Below, piece by piece: positions 50,109 to 61,825 of a stretch of 64,000 nt of DNA; position 1 is the stretch's first letter, and each line of letters begins with the position of its first letter. Both the position numbers and the translations under genes were made by a program. This DNA is from Haliotis rubra (taxonomy: Eukaryota), in the NCBI RefSeq assembly GCF_003918875.1, contig NW_025765336.1, forward strand, positions 2,604,001 through 2,668,000. The letters are read 5' to 3'. The notes beneath the pieces are model-generated. The model was not told where the DNA came from. It worked only from the letters and a program-made list of their open reading frames with translations, and ran no database searches.

Positions 50109-51543
50109 GGATTTTACCAGTGCTAGCCCAGAGATACCATTCACCGGTTTAACATACGGGCACACGGTACTGACTCGGAGACGAATAGACCCTCTTGTAT
50201 CCACTAATGAGGGGCGCAAGGCAGAGAAACAACAAGTATCATCTTTTAACATAATGATGTTGGTATGACAGTGCAGGGAAACGAACCACCAACCTACCCT
50301 CTTTTACCTACCTTCAATAAACCACATGGCCGTCCTTCATTACAGATTATTCCCTGGAGATCTTGGACAGATGTGACGTCACTGTTGAATGGCATCTGAA
50401 GGGGATATAAAAGAGGAGTATTGAAGTAATATTTGAGAAGCACAAGATACAAATGAGTGGAAATGAAACCTGTAGGTGTTCAGAATATCAGATTATTCAG
50501 ATTACACGAAAAATGCTTCATTTTTGTGATTGACGTGATCCTACGGTTAGGTAGAAAAGCTGGTCAGTTTACTAATGGCGATTCTTTACGAACAAGAAAC
50601 AATGCTGCAGTGATCATTGATCTTATTTCTTCATTACACATCAGGATCATGCATTTATCTTAACCATGTTGCAAATGATAGTTTTCAATTATTTTTCAAT
50701 TACGGATACGACCAAAACAAATATGCCCATATCAATAATTATTGATCTATAATCAAGGTTACTCAAGACCTGAAGAACACCAGGAGCTGCCGACACCATC
50801 TCTAATTGAGTTATCGTCTCTATCATATCAAGACAAATTATGCCATCTAACCTCCAGCGATTTGACCTCAGAAACCTTGCCGGCAGGACACATGGTGAGA
50901 GAATTTCACGGACGAATGGACAAACAGTCAGCATAGGCAGCGGTCAATAATTCTAGTGCCCTCCCGCTAATCCTCCCAATGCATCTGAGCTAGCAGGCTC
51001 TCCGTGGAGTCTATTTTAAGTCATAATACTCACGTAGTAAAAGATTTTTCTTGTAAGAAACCTTCTGCTTGTCGGTATCTGAGTTCATCCCACAGAATGA
51101 CCTTTCACGTCTTCACAGTTTTTGAGTTGTAATCTTTATTCTAATCTGAGGGAAATAGTGTTTCCAGTCAGGGATGTTTTGTTGTTTTGAAATCGGCTTC
51201 TTCAAGAGGTTAAGGAACTTAAGAGCTGTTTCTCAAGCCAGCTACAGACGCCCTTGGCTGTGACTCTGGTCTTTGTATTGACATCGAATGAAGATTATGG
51301 AAATGGTTTGCTCTCCACACAAGACCTTTATGTATCACCAATAATACCGTTACAGGTCACACGAGTGATAAATTAGCCTTCTCTTGGAGCGCCATTCGAA
51401 AATCAGTGTTGAATACCTCTTTCAGCACTGAAGGATGGACTGGTTTTAATGACGGTTTGTTCGGGATTCCTTTTATATTATGACGAGAGTGCATGAATGA
51501 GAGAATGAGGGAGTGAATGAGTGATATTACAGTTATATCAAGG

Positions 51544-51598
<55 letters not shown>
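51544..51598. repeat. (CTA)n microsatellite at the start of a Thr-rich coding-like stretch
   Basis: About 18 CTA units. Confidence 0.95.
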
Positions 51599-51600
<2 letters not shown>

Positions 51601-52927
51601 CTACTGAAGTTACTTCAAGTGCTACAAATTCCACTACTAGACATACTACTACTCCTTTAACTACTACTACTACTTCTATTTCTTTTGCGACCACTACTTC
51701 AAAAATGTCAATGTTACTACAACTATAAAATCTATACAACAGCGCTACTACATCGACTCCTGTCTGCGAGTCTGAATGTATTCCCATCACACCTAAAAAA
51801 CTTGTTCTCACATCAATTGCGGGCGCTTCTGCAGATGCAAGCCTGTCTATGTACCTGGAAGAGTTTTTCCGTGTAGAGGTCGGATCTTTCACCTATATAT
51901 AGTTTCGTCAAGAGAAAATCTGCTCACTTGAATAAAAAATACAAATCTAAGAATCAGTCAAGCATACAGAAGGATCTGGCAGGGAATCTTCAACAAGATT
52001 ATACCCAGTTTTCCGGCTACGTGGCGTCAAAAACAAACCTCTCGGCAAAAGAGTTGCATCCTGTTATTGCAATGTGCAGACGCTCATCTGACGAACCCTC
52101 TGATAATTGAGTCTTGCGACGTTTTGAAGGCGCATGTTTAGTACAAAAAGCCGCTGACTGAAACACTACTTCAAGATTATGAGATTTCTCCTTCTATCAT
52201 TACTCTTTAAAGATAGTTTGTCTGACACTGATGGGGTGTTTGAATGTTTAATTTCCGTTAATGATAAATAAATGTACTCGTAAATACACTGGTGAGTATT
52301 ACTTTCATCGATAATGACATTATTTACGTTAATAATGACGTTACTTACTTTTATAATGCCACTGCTATTTGGGAATCCCCCGAGGCGCCGGGTCTGACAG
52401 TGGATGGTTTGAAAAGGCAACATTATAGAAATACGTCGCCAGAGTGATTTCTCAAACATTTAAAGGATTTCCAACCTGGCTGAAATATCATATGGTTATT
52501 AAAACGTGTTTCAGGCGTGTATTTCAAAGGTTAGGGTGTATTTACAAGCGAAACATTAAGACGATGATTAACAGAGATGTTCATTTCGTGACTTCATCGT
52601 GCTCGCACGTTCTGAAATGTCTTCTGCCAAAGACAGGTCGCTGAAGAATCAATAGTGTTCATGAAAACGTCCACTTTTTATGTTTTATGTAATTTCCGTT
52701 TGTTTAATCTTCAAAGATAATACTCACTAGTCCAAGGAATCTTATAAGTCAAAAATAACTTTTGTAGCAAATATATTTGTATCTGTTAAACACAGTGGAA
52801 GTGAGGCTGGTGGTGATGTGATTGCTTTCTGTTTAAGCAGATGGTTGAAGGACGTTGGATTTTCCAGCTACGATCATCAAACTTACCAAGTGAACCTGCT
52901 TTGACGGTGATATTTAATGGTGTATAT

Positions 52928-54232
52928 GAGTCATTCTCAAAATTCGTGCAAATTTATGTTATATGTTTGTAACCGACAAACCTAAGTCAAAATCAGTATT
53001 TTTTTAAGGTAACCAATCTATCTCAGTTTATTCTACACTTTACAGTAAAAAGTTGGGATAAAAAATATTTTATATTTATTTTAAACCTCCAAAACCACCC
53101 AATTTTACTCAATTTACATGTGTCACAACTCCAGTGGCCGATGTGCAATTTGACCTTTTTGTCATTTTCATGTTTTTCAAAAGATATTATTTAGTAAATC
53201 ATAATCAATGGTGTTACAGCTACATGCTTGGCGTCGTTTGGTCTTTTATGTATGGAAAATTATTTTGTAGAAAAAGGTCAAACTTTGTCACAAAGTTTGA
53301 TGTCACTACCGTAACAGCCCCCCAATGCAATAATGATTACTCCCTGTACTGTCTTCTAATTCATTTTTCTGAAGTTCAAAATGTGTACAAAATGATATCT
53401 GAGATTTCTGCATGTCCTAACCGTTACGGTGGACTGTCAACTTTGGGGACCAGTTATTGTTTTAAAACTGATATTGTTAGTGGCTGTCACTACCGTTACG
53501 GTCACTGCCGTTATCATTGGTCTTGTTTCGGTAAGGACAGATTTTGTGACGGCAGTGACATTTTTTCTAATTTAGTGTTGTTTGTATCTAAAATTTCATT
53601 CAAAGATATCAAATGTTTTGGAATCTTATTTAACATAAAACTTTTGTATCAAATGAATAAAATCACTATGCATATAAGTATGATTTTGTTGTTACGGTAA
53701 GGACAAGGTTCCTAGTGTAACGGCTATGACAAAGAAGAACACGGCTTAGACATGGCCGTTACTGTAGTGACGTTATATACCATATCACAATGCAGTCTTT
53801 ACCTGCTTTTTACATGACAGTGACATCCATAAGTAAATCTTTTGCCTATTACATATTCTTCAAACATTCTGAAATATCTGACTGACAAATTTAATCAAAT
53901 TATCTTTTAAAGTAAACATACAAAACTGGCTATTAATAAAAATGTCACTACCGTAACAATTAATGCCAATGTCCACGCCATAACATTATCATTTTCCTTA
54001 CTCAATTATAACTGATTTATCTGTTTATGTTTGGAATTTGTAGTGCAAGTATGTTTGGTAGTAGAGCTTCAAGTAAGCATGATATAATTCATATTCATGA
54101 ATTTTGTGCGACATATTACTTTATATTTGCAAATCAGAAAAGAAATAAATTACTTAGCTTGTTGGCCCCTTTAAGCAATAAAATTTACAATTTTTGCCAA
54201 CGTGAAATATGCAAGAATTTTGAGAATGACTC
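52928..54232. mobile_element. Non-autonomous DNA transposon, GAG...CTC termini with 4-bp TSD (Sola-like)
   Basis: ATAT|GAGTCATTCTCAAAATTC ... GAATTTTGAGAATGACTC|ATAT, with an internal TGTCACTACCGT(A/T)AC motif in both orientations. Confidence 0.8.
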
Positions 54233-55129
54233 ATATATTCACGTCAGTGTCCTGGTCCGCTTTGAAATTACTGTGTTAAAATCTTCTGGATGGTAGTCTC
54301 AAGCGTTTACCACTTCGATGTAGGCGGGAGTATGGTGCTGACTAAACATAACCAGCGATTCAAACCCAAATATTTAAGCCCCTAGCGTACCAAAGGGACA
54401 CAACACTTGACTAATCATAGCGCATTTTAAGACTTGGCTAACCCTTCCCAACGAACCAAGGTCAATCACATAATATTCTAGTATATCGGTAAGTTTATAA
54501 GAAGACAATAAGAGTGTTATATTACCCACTACAAGGATGAGCACTGCGATAATACATGGGTAAAAGGACCTAACAATATTAACAAACTCGAATGCAATAC
54601 CTGAATGTTTCTCATTACAGTAGAACTGCTTGTAAACCTGATTAGAGCTAAGATTGTGAGGCGGTTTTGAAAGGACAGTCATCAACACGTTTATAGGATC
54701 CAGTTTGTCAATGATTCCAGTGAAGTTAGCTTTTTAATCTTTGTAATCGTTTTCCAAGCTATGTGGTGGTTATATTGTTTATAGCTGACTGAGCTTTCTT
54801 TGGCAAGTATTTGGTGAAACCCACACATGTGTGTTTGGTGGATTCGGATTCTTCTAAAACGCAACCACCGTCGGTGTTATTAAGCCTAAATTTCAATACA
54901 GTTCACAGGCAAAACATACAAAACGGCTCATAATGACAGTATACTGTGTCATAAAACATATATTAATAACACAAGACATGTTTGTTTATACAGGCAAGAT
55001 CGTTAAGTACTGCCAAGAAATACATTTTGAAGGTTATTAAAAACCCTGACAGATGTTTCAGTGTGGATCATTTAATGTGGACGTCGGCCTGTAGAATGTT
55101 GAAGTATTTGACCATTCATGCTATATATG

Positions 55130-56611
55130 CTGAACATCATTGAAAACGCACCACTTATAAAAGTTCAGATTATGAAAAGCACGTGTAAGGAATTGATATT
55201 TTTTTGAGTGTATAATAACAGATGGACGACTGACAAAAACAACAACACAGAAAAGACGCCCATTCATTGAAATGTTCCACAGTCAGAAAGGATCAAACAC
55301 ACGTGGGGTCAAATCGAAAAGTCAATATCGTGTGTGACCGCCATTTGCATTGACACATGCAGTTCAACGTCTCCCCATTGAGTCAATAAATGTCCGAAAT
55401 GAGTTCTTGAGGACGGCATTCAACTTCTGCAGTAGTGCAGCCTCAAGTTCCCGGATGTTTCGCATCTGTTGTCGCCGCGAAAGACTTTGACCAGTTTCGT
55501 CCAACAAGTGCTCCATGGGGGATACATCTGGCGACTGTGCTGGCCAATGAATAACCTGGATGTGTTGCTTGGCCAGATACTGCATGGAAAGTCATGTTGT
55601 GTGTGCCCGTGCGTTGTCCATGTTGGTGGTGATTGAAGACAGATACGATGTGATTCTGAAGAATCTGCTCACGGTAATAAAGGGCATTAACTCTCCCTTG
55701 ACAGACATGAAAGCAGTCCTGTGATTGTAATTTATTCCATCCCAGACCATGACACTCCCATCACCCAAAAGTCTGTCTGAACCACACACTCATCAGCATA
55801 ATGTTCACCACGTCCACGCCAAACACGTAATCGGCCGTCAGCATTACGTACATGAAGACGTGACTCGTCAGTGACTACCACACCATGCCATTGTTGTAAC
55901 CTTTACTGAAAATGCCTGCTAGCCCATTGTATACGCTCATTACGGTGTCTGCCAGTCAGAAGTGGTCCAACGTAAGGACGTCGAGCATGGAGCTCTGTAG
56001 CGTGTAGACGGCGTCGCATGGAGTCAGCGCTGATGACCCCCACGTCAACCTTGAACTAGTGCAGCAGTCCTGGCAGTCGGCAGTGTTCAATCACTGATAT
56101 GGACATGGTCAATATGGCGATCCTGATGGAGCATCGTAACACGTTGTTGCCAAGGTCATTGAAGGTCACGGGTGCTGCCTGTCTACTGATGTCGTCTATG
56201 AAGCCTAACGATGGTGAAGTGGCCAAGTCCAAGTTGTCGAGCAATATCCCTGCTGCTGGTGCCAACCTGAATCATGCCTAGTGCACGTTCTCTTTCGTGA
56301 GGTGATAACCTCAGCATCTCTGTCTTCGTTTCACAATCGTTAGTGAAGCAATGACAATCGGTTCTCATACACCTGCTTTTAAAATCACAGTCAGTATGAT
56401 TTCGGAATGAAATTCGCGCTTTTTTCATGGCATGGCTGCATGTTGATGCATTTTGGAATTAAGAGTCATACTGTGGTTTCTAAAGCATTTTTTCAACTGG
56501 ACATGCCCTTCGACTTCATGTTAGTTATATTCACTGTTCATTGCCATGCTGAAATCCATTTTGATGAAAATATGGACAATTTTAGACTGGTGCGTTTTCA
56601 ATGATGTTCAG
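55130..56611 (-). mobile_element. Tc1 (DD34E) transposon, third family, decayed
   Basis: 24-bp TIR CTGAACATCATTGAAAACGCACCA. Motifs ERERALGM, TDES, SVMVW, DNARAH and WPAQSPDVSPMEHL. Confidence 0.92.
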
Positions 56612-56615
56612 TATA

Positions 56616-56810
56616 CAGTGGACTCTGTATAATCCGACATCTGAATTATCCGACAATCTGTGAATTTCGACATATTTTTTGGTCCCGGCAGCGTTCTTCT
56701 TTATTATCATCATTTAAACATTGAATTATCCGACATCTGTACATTCCGAATTCCGACACCATTTTCTGGTCTCAATGACACTATTAATCTGTACAATCCG
56801 ACATCCTGTA
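56616..56810 (+). mobile_element. Left end of a pogo/Tigger-like element (orphan TIR)
   Basis: TA|CAGTGGACTCTGTATAATCCGACA with repeated TCCGACA subterminal motifs. No partner end found. Confidence 0.55.
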
Positions 56811-56993
56811 CCCATATTGGACTACAATAGCCAATCAACCCGTCATTGGCCAGCTGACAACTAACATCCTGTTACTGGTAATCTCAGCACTTGCTAATTC
56901 GGAGGTAATTAGCAGTGTGAGAACGTCTGTACCTTTGTATTTTTTCAAGCTGAGTGGCTAATGTGAGGACTGGGTGTCCCCAGTTTGCCAGCA

Positions 56994-59755
56994 GGTATTG
57001 TTTAAAGATTCCAGGTCACTGGACCATGCTAATCTCTTAAAACAACAGGTGACCACACCGTATTTTAAAGAGATGTTTTAATGCTGATGGAGTCATCGGT
57101 CTGGTGAATGTAGAAATACTCGGCCACCTCTAATATATAATTGGAATATAATGAAAATATTTTGGCTTGAGAGCCTCGCACCTTCACGGGTGGTATGAAG
57201 TTATTCATATTTGCAGATTATTAATAGAAGTTCTGAATGTGAGAGAGGTAATCGTTTTTGTAAAGATAAAGAAGGGTTTTACGGTCCAGATAAGGTAGCG
57301 AACTCGGCATATCTGCCATCCACTTGTGTTCACACTGATCTAAATGGAGAAGGTTCTACACATATGTCAGGTAATCCTAAACTCATGCAAAAGAAGAAAG
57401 CAAACTGATGAGATCGTCAGATCGGTGCCTCAGTTAACACATATCATGGTATCCAAGTTGTATTTTGTTATCCCAGATTGATGTTTAATCGCATCACTGG
57501 ATTATCTGGCCTAGACTCAGTTACTTACAACGGCATTAAAGAACAAACAATCAATGTTATTTCTGATTCAGACGCGATTACTTACTCCACCAGGCAGCCA
57601 GGATATGGTTGCTATATATCCACGTGCTGAAGAAGAACACCAAACCATCAAACAGTACATGGCACGCATGATACCTTTGAAGCTGCTTTGCTGTTTCAAG
57701 AGACAAGACACACAGATATTACGAGTCCAACTAAACACAGCCTTATTTCAACGCCAACATTTGGTAAAGGTTCAAGGCAAAAACGCTACGTTAAAGAAAA
57801 ACACTTAGTTTCTGCAATCTTTTATCTTTGGCACATCTCCAATATTCGAAACGCTCAAAGTAACAAATTAATCACATCTGTTTTTTATCTCAACTAGTTT
57901 TTACGTAGAATTCCTCAGGAACGGTATCTTTCAGTGTCCCCGCACCTGCTCAAAGTACATCAATAAAAGAATAACCAAATAGTGTGCCGTTTCTATACCA
58001 TTAAATGTATATGACATAAATAATCAGGCTTTTTCCGTTTCGATAGTCAGGTTGATCATGGAGGCGGGCACCCCCAAGGCATGAAAACCTTTTCTTTTAA
58101 CTTCACTGATAAATGTTTTGCTGGTCGTTTTTATTTCCATTTCGAGGCTGCGGTGCCACGATACATGAATATGTGCGCACACGGACAGTTTCTTTGTCCA
58201 AATGACATTAATTCCACAATTCCGACATGAAACTGAATCGTTTCATCACGCACTCATTTACACTCTGGTTTCCTGCATTGGCTGCGCTTGTGCAACAACA
58301 GAGTACAGGAGGCGCAGCCAACCTTAGGGAACCAAGCTGAAGCATGTAATCCACACAAAATCTAAAAAGATATGGCTCACATATTTACATCACATACATT
58401 CTACAAGTGCCATAACAACGAGGCTGTTTGCTGCTGATCTGAGGGAACGTTTCTGATCAGATTTGTTTTTGTTTTAATATTTGTCAAATATTACAGTTAC
58501 CATTTTAATACGGGAAAATTGGTTTGCAAGGCATATACAACATACATTTATAGTTTATTCGTTTTGTAGTGGGTGGTGCTTGATTAATGTTAATATGTAT
58601 ATATTGCAGCCTTCGAATCCGATGAAAGACACACTTGGATAATAGGGCAAACTTCCAAACCAGACAACCGGACTGGTAACTTTAAAGGTTTCTGAATACT
58701 TTACTGAAGAAAGCCCGACAAATTTCCGTAACATCGTGTGGCCTCACGATAACGAGTACCATTAACCATCTCCAACTCACGCTAGCTCCATTCACTGTTT
58801 GTAGGCATCGCAATGAACTACATAACACTAACAGGTAATGCACCGAGTTTAAGTATACTGAAAGTACACGTGTTGTGATTGGTTATCGTAACATGAACTG
58901 TCCAATCTGTAGTTTAACATAATTATCTTAAACACCTCAAACTGGTGACAAGAGAACCTCCCTGATAATTTAAAATATTTACTGTTAGGGGTGACGGTAT
59001 TAGGGGTAAACATATCTACCAGACCACCAGACAGGCTACTTTTGAAATTTGACCGTCCGAGATGAAAACAAACCGTTTCGGACAGTCGGACAGGCGGGAA
59101 TTTTAAACGCTGTAATAGGGTGCCACTTCTAATCTCGTTCACGTTTCATCCGTTGCTTGACAAAACGCTGGAAGTTTCAGGGCACTTGTCTGAAGCTGAG
59201 GCTGTAAGTACGTGCACGGAGTCATGACCTTTAGCATCTTGACGGTGACGAACGTCCACACGTCACCTTCAGATATCAATGCCCTGCTTTCATTTCAAAC
59301 TCCACGGGTTGTCCCTGTTGAATTTCCCTTTTCCACATACATGTAGTTCGATATACTGTTTTAGGATCACATCATGAGGAGATAAAGGTTGATTATCAAG
59401 ACCAATCTATGATGTGGAGCAGGGACCCTTGAATCTTGTTGCGGGTGTTTCTGGATGTTATTCTGCACAGTCTCTTCCGGAGGCTTATTTAGACACTGTG
59501 GTCTGCCTGGTTTGACACTGGGCAATGTCCGACGTAATGAGAGATGGATGTGTCCCAAACTAGAGAGCATCATCATGAAAGTAACGTTTACAAATGTAAT
59601 GCATCTAAGATTATGTTACGAGTATTTTCGTTGCATTGTGACATCAACATAATCAATTGCTCAATTGCTGACCATCGAAAACGAAACAAACGTCACAAGG
59701 TCGTCTAAGTCAACAGATAGGCAGCTTTCTTTTAATTTGTATTCCCACTGAGAAA
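56994..59755 (+). repeat. Local segmental duplication, copy 2
   Basis: Collinear with 47502-49500. Confidence 0.9.
58648..59112. mobile_element. Insertion with 8-bp TSD (hAT-like MITE)
   Basis: TAATAGGG at 58640-58647 and 59113-59120, CA...TG ends, absent from the paralogous site near 48890. Confidence 0.7.
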
Positions 59756-60379
59756 TGTTTCTGCCTGCAAACATTTACATGTATGTTGCTTTCAGCAATA
59801 CCAAAGTACTATCGTAGAAGAACACAGAATATAGTTTAACTGACACAGGAAGTGAGAAGCGAATCTGCGGACAAAAAATACACGTCTCCTCATGAGTCAC
59901 AATTACATGTAGGAATGGAAGCTATAGAATGGGTCAGGCTTTGTCTGCAGTCCCTCATGTCTTGGATGTGTCTGGGGCAATAGATCGCCAGTCACCAGGG
60001 TTGTCTCCTTCGGGGAATCACGATGGCATGGATGTCATGGACCTAGAGCCTCCACTGGACAATGTATCCAGATGTACCTAGTATTAAATGGTCTAGGACA
60101 TCCGTATGATTGCTTGAATATACCATTAGCCATGGCTGTGGAAACAGCCTTGTACACAATGTCTAAACCAATGTCCAGTGAGGTTTATAATAGCCATGTA
60201 TATACTTCAGACGTGTTTATCACAATCTCACATTAAAATCAGATCAATGAGCTTGTATCTTTCACAGCACGATGTTACCGCGTCCACGTCCGGCACAGTC
60301 CACACAGCAGAAATCCGGTGACCTGTGATATTGCTAGAAGTTTACTGAAAGCAGCCTAACACTAATTTCACTCTCATTG

Positions 60380-61305
60380 TATTCAAGATATCTTGAAATA
60401 ATTTATACATATCCACAAACGCATTAAATAATATCTTTAACTCATTTTGAGATATATCTATTCTGTCCGTTACAAATATCTACAATCACATTATTCATAT
60501 CAGTAATAATTTTGAAGATATCTATAAATCAATTATTGATATCTATAATACAAGTAACAGGAAAGAACGGCAAAATTATCTTATGATATCTTTAATTCAT
60601 GTCAAGATATATCCCATTCAATTCAAGATATGAGCAATTCTTTTCAAGATGTCATTAGTATGCTTCATCATATCTTTATATTCATTTCATTTCGCAATAT
60701 CATGAATTTCATTGCAGATATCTATAATTATCTCTATTCGAGATGTCGTTAATTTATTTCAAGATATTTTTAATTGAATTCAAGATATATGTAAAACACT
60801 TAAGATATCAGTAATGTGTCAGTATACTATCTCTTTAATTCATGTCACATTATCGCCAAATCAATTCAAGATATCAGCAATTCTTTTCAAGATATCGTCA
60901 ATATGCTTCATCATATCGTTAATTCTTTTCACGATATCAAGGATTTCTTTTATTCATTTCAAATTATCTTCAATTCAAGATATCTTTAAAACAATTAATA
61001 TATGAGACATTTTTCAGTATACTATCTCTATTTGACACATCTTTAATTCATGTCAAGATATCTCCAATTCAATTTAAGATATCAACAATTCTGTTCAGGA
61101 TATCATTCATATGATTCATCATATCATTAATTCATTTTGCGATATCATGCATTTCATTGACGATACCCATAATTATCTCTATTCGAGGTGTCTTTAATTT
61201 ATTTCAAGATATCTTCAGTTCAGTTCAAGATATCTTCAATTCAGTTCAAGATATCTTCAATTCAGTTCAAGATTCTGAAAATGCTATTGATGATATCTCT
61301 AGTTT
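60380..61305. repeat. Degenerate GATATC-rich repeat (probable non-autonomous transposon body)
   Basis: Dozens of (TCAA)GATATC motifs, internal ~230-bp duplicated blocks and a 21-bp tandem AGATATCTTCAATTCAGTTCA. Confidence 0.75.
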
Positions 61306-61310
61306 CATTC

Positions 61311-61555
61311 GACCCGTGACGGTCCGGGTTAGAATGAGCCTTCAGTAACCCATGCTTGTCGTGAGAAGGCGACTAACGGGATCGGGTGGTCAGGCTCGCT
61401 GACTTGGTTGACACATGCCATCGGTTACCAATTGCGCAGATCGATGCTCATGATGTTGATCACTGGATTGTCTGGTCCAGACTCGATTATTTACAGACAG
61501 CCGCCACATAGCTGGAATATTGCTGAGTGCGGCTTAAAACTAAACTCACTCACTC
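61311..61555 (+). mobile_element. SINE-like family B, full-length copy
   Basis: GACCCGTGACGGTCCGGGTTAGAA...GCTGGAATATTGCTGAGTGCGGCTTAAAACTAAACTCACTCACTC. Confidence 0.88.
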
Positions 61556-61640
61556 AGGTGAAAATGACTGCCGCAAGAATTTAAGCAGAACAGATAATCT
61601 GGCGTTGCCTTCAGAATCGTTACCAGGAATAGGTATTGTC

Positions 61641-61825
61641 ATGAACATAGAGACTTTTCTGGGTTACATCTTCTTTTTATTCTTGAGTACAACGTTTCAG
61701 GGCTTGTTCTGGCCCCATCATCAGGTAAAACTGAAAACGCTGTACTCAAGAATAGAAAGAAGATGTAACCCAGAAAAGTCTCTATATTCATCAAATAGCA
61801 TCTTCTAAAATGCCAATCAAGCATC
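61641..61825 (-). mobile_element. Penelope-like element remnant (inverted pLTR fragment) with TSD
   Basis: 60-bp inverted arms at 61641-61700 and 61731-61791; direct repeat TAGGTATTGTCATG at 61630 and 61826. Confidence 0.7.
61688..61727 (-). ncRNA. Minimal (Penelope-type) hammerhead ribozyme core
   Basis: Minus strand reads TAC-CTGATGA-T-GGGGC-CAGAACAA-GCCCT-GAAAC-GTT-GTA: both conserved boxes, a stem II and a palindromic AACGTT in place of helix III. Confidence 0.65.

Noticed and set aside
53134-53700. 188-aa ORF
   Set aside because: Lies inside a non-autonomous TIR element, has AT-rich random composition and shows no recognisable motif.
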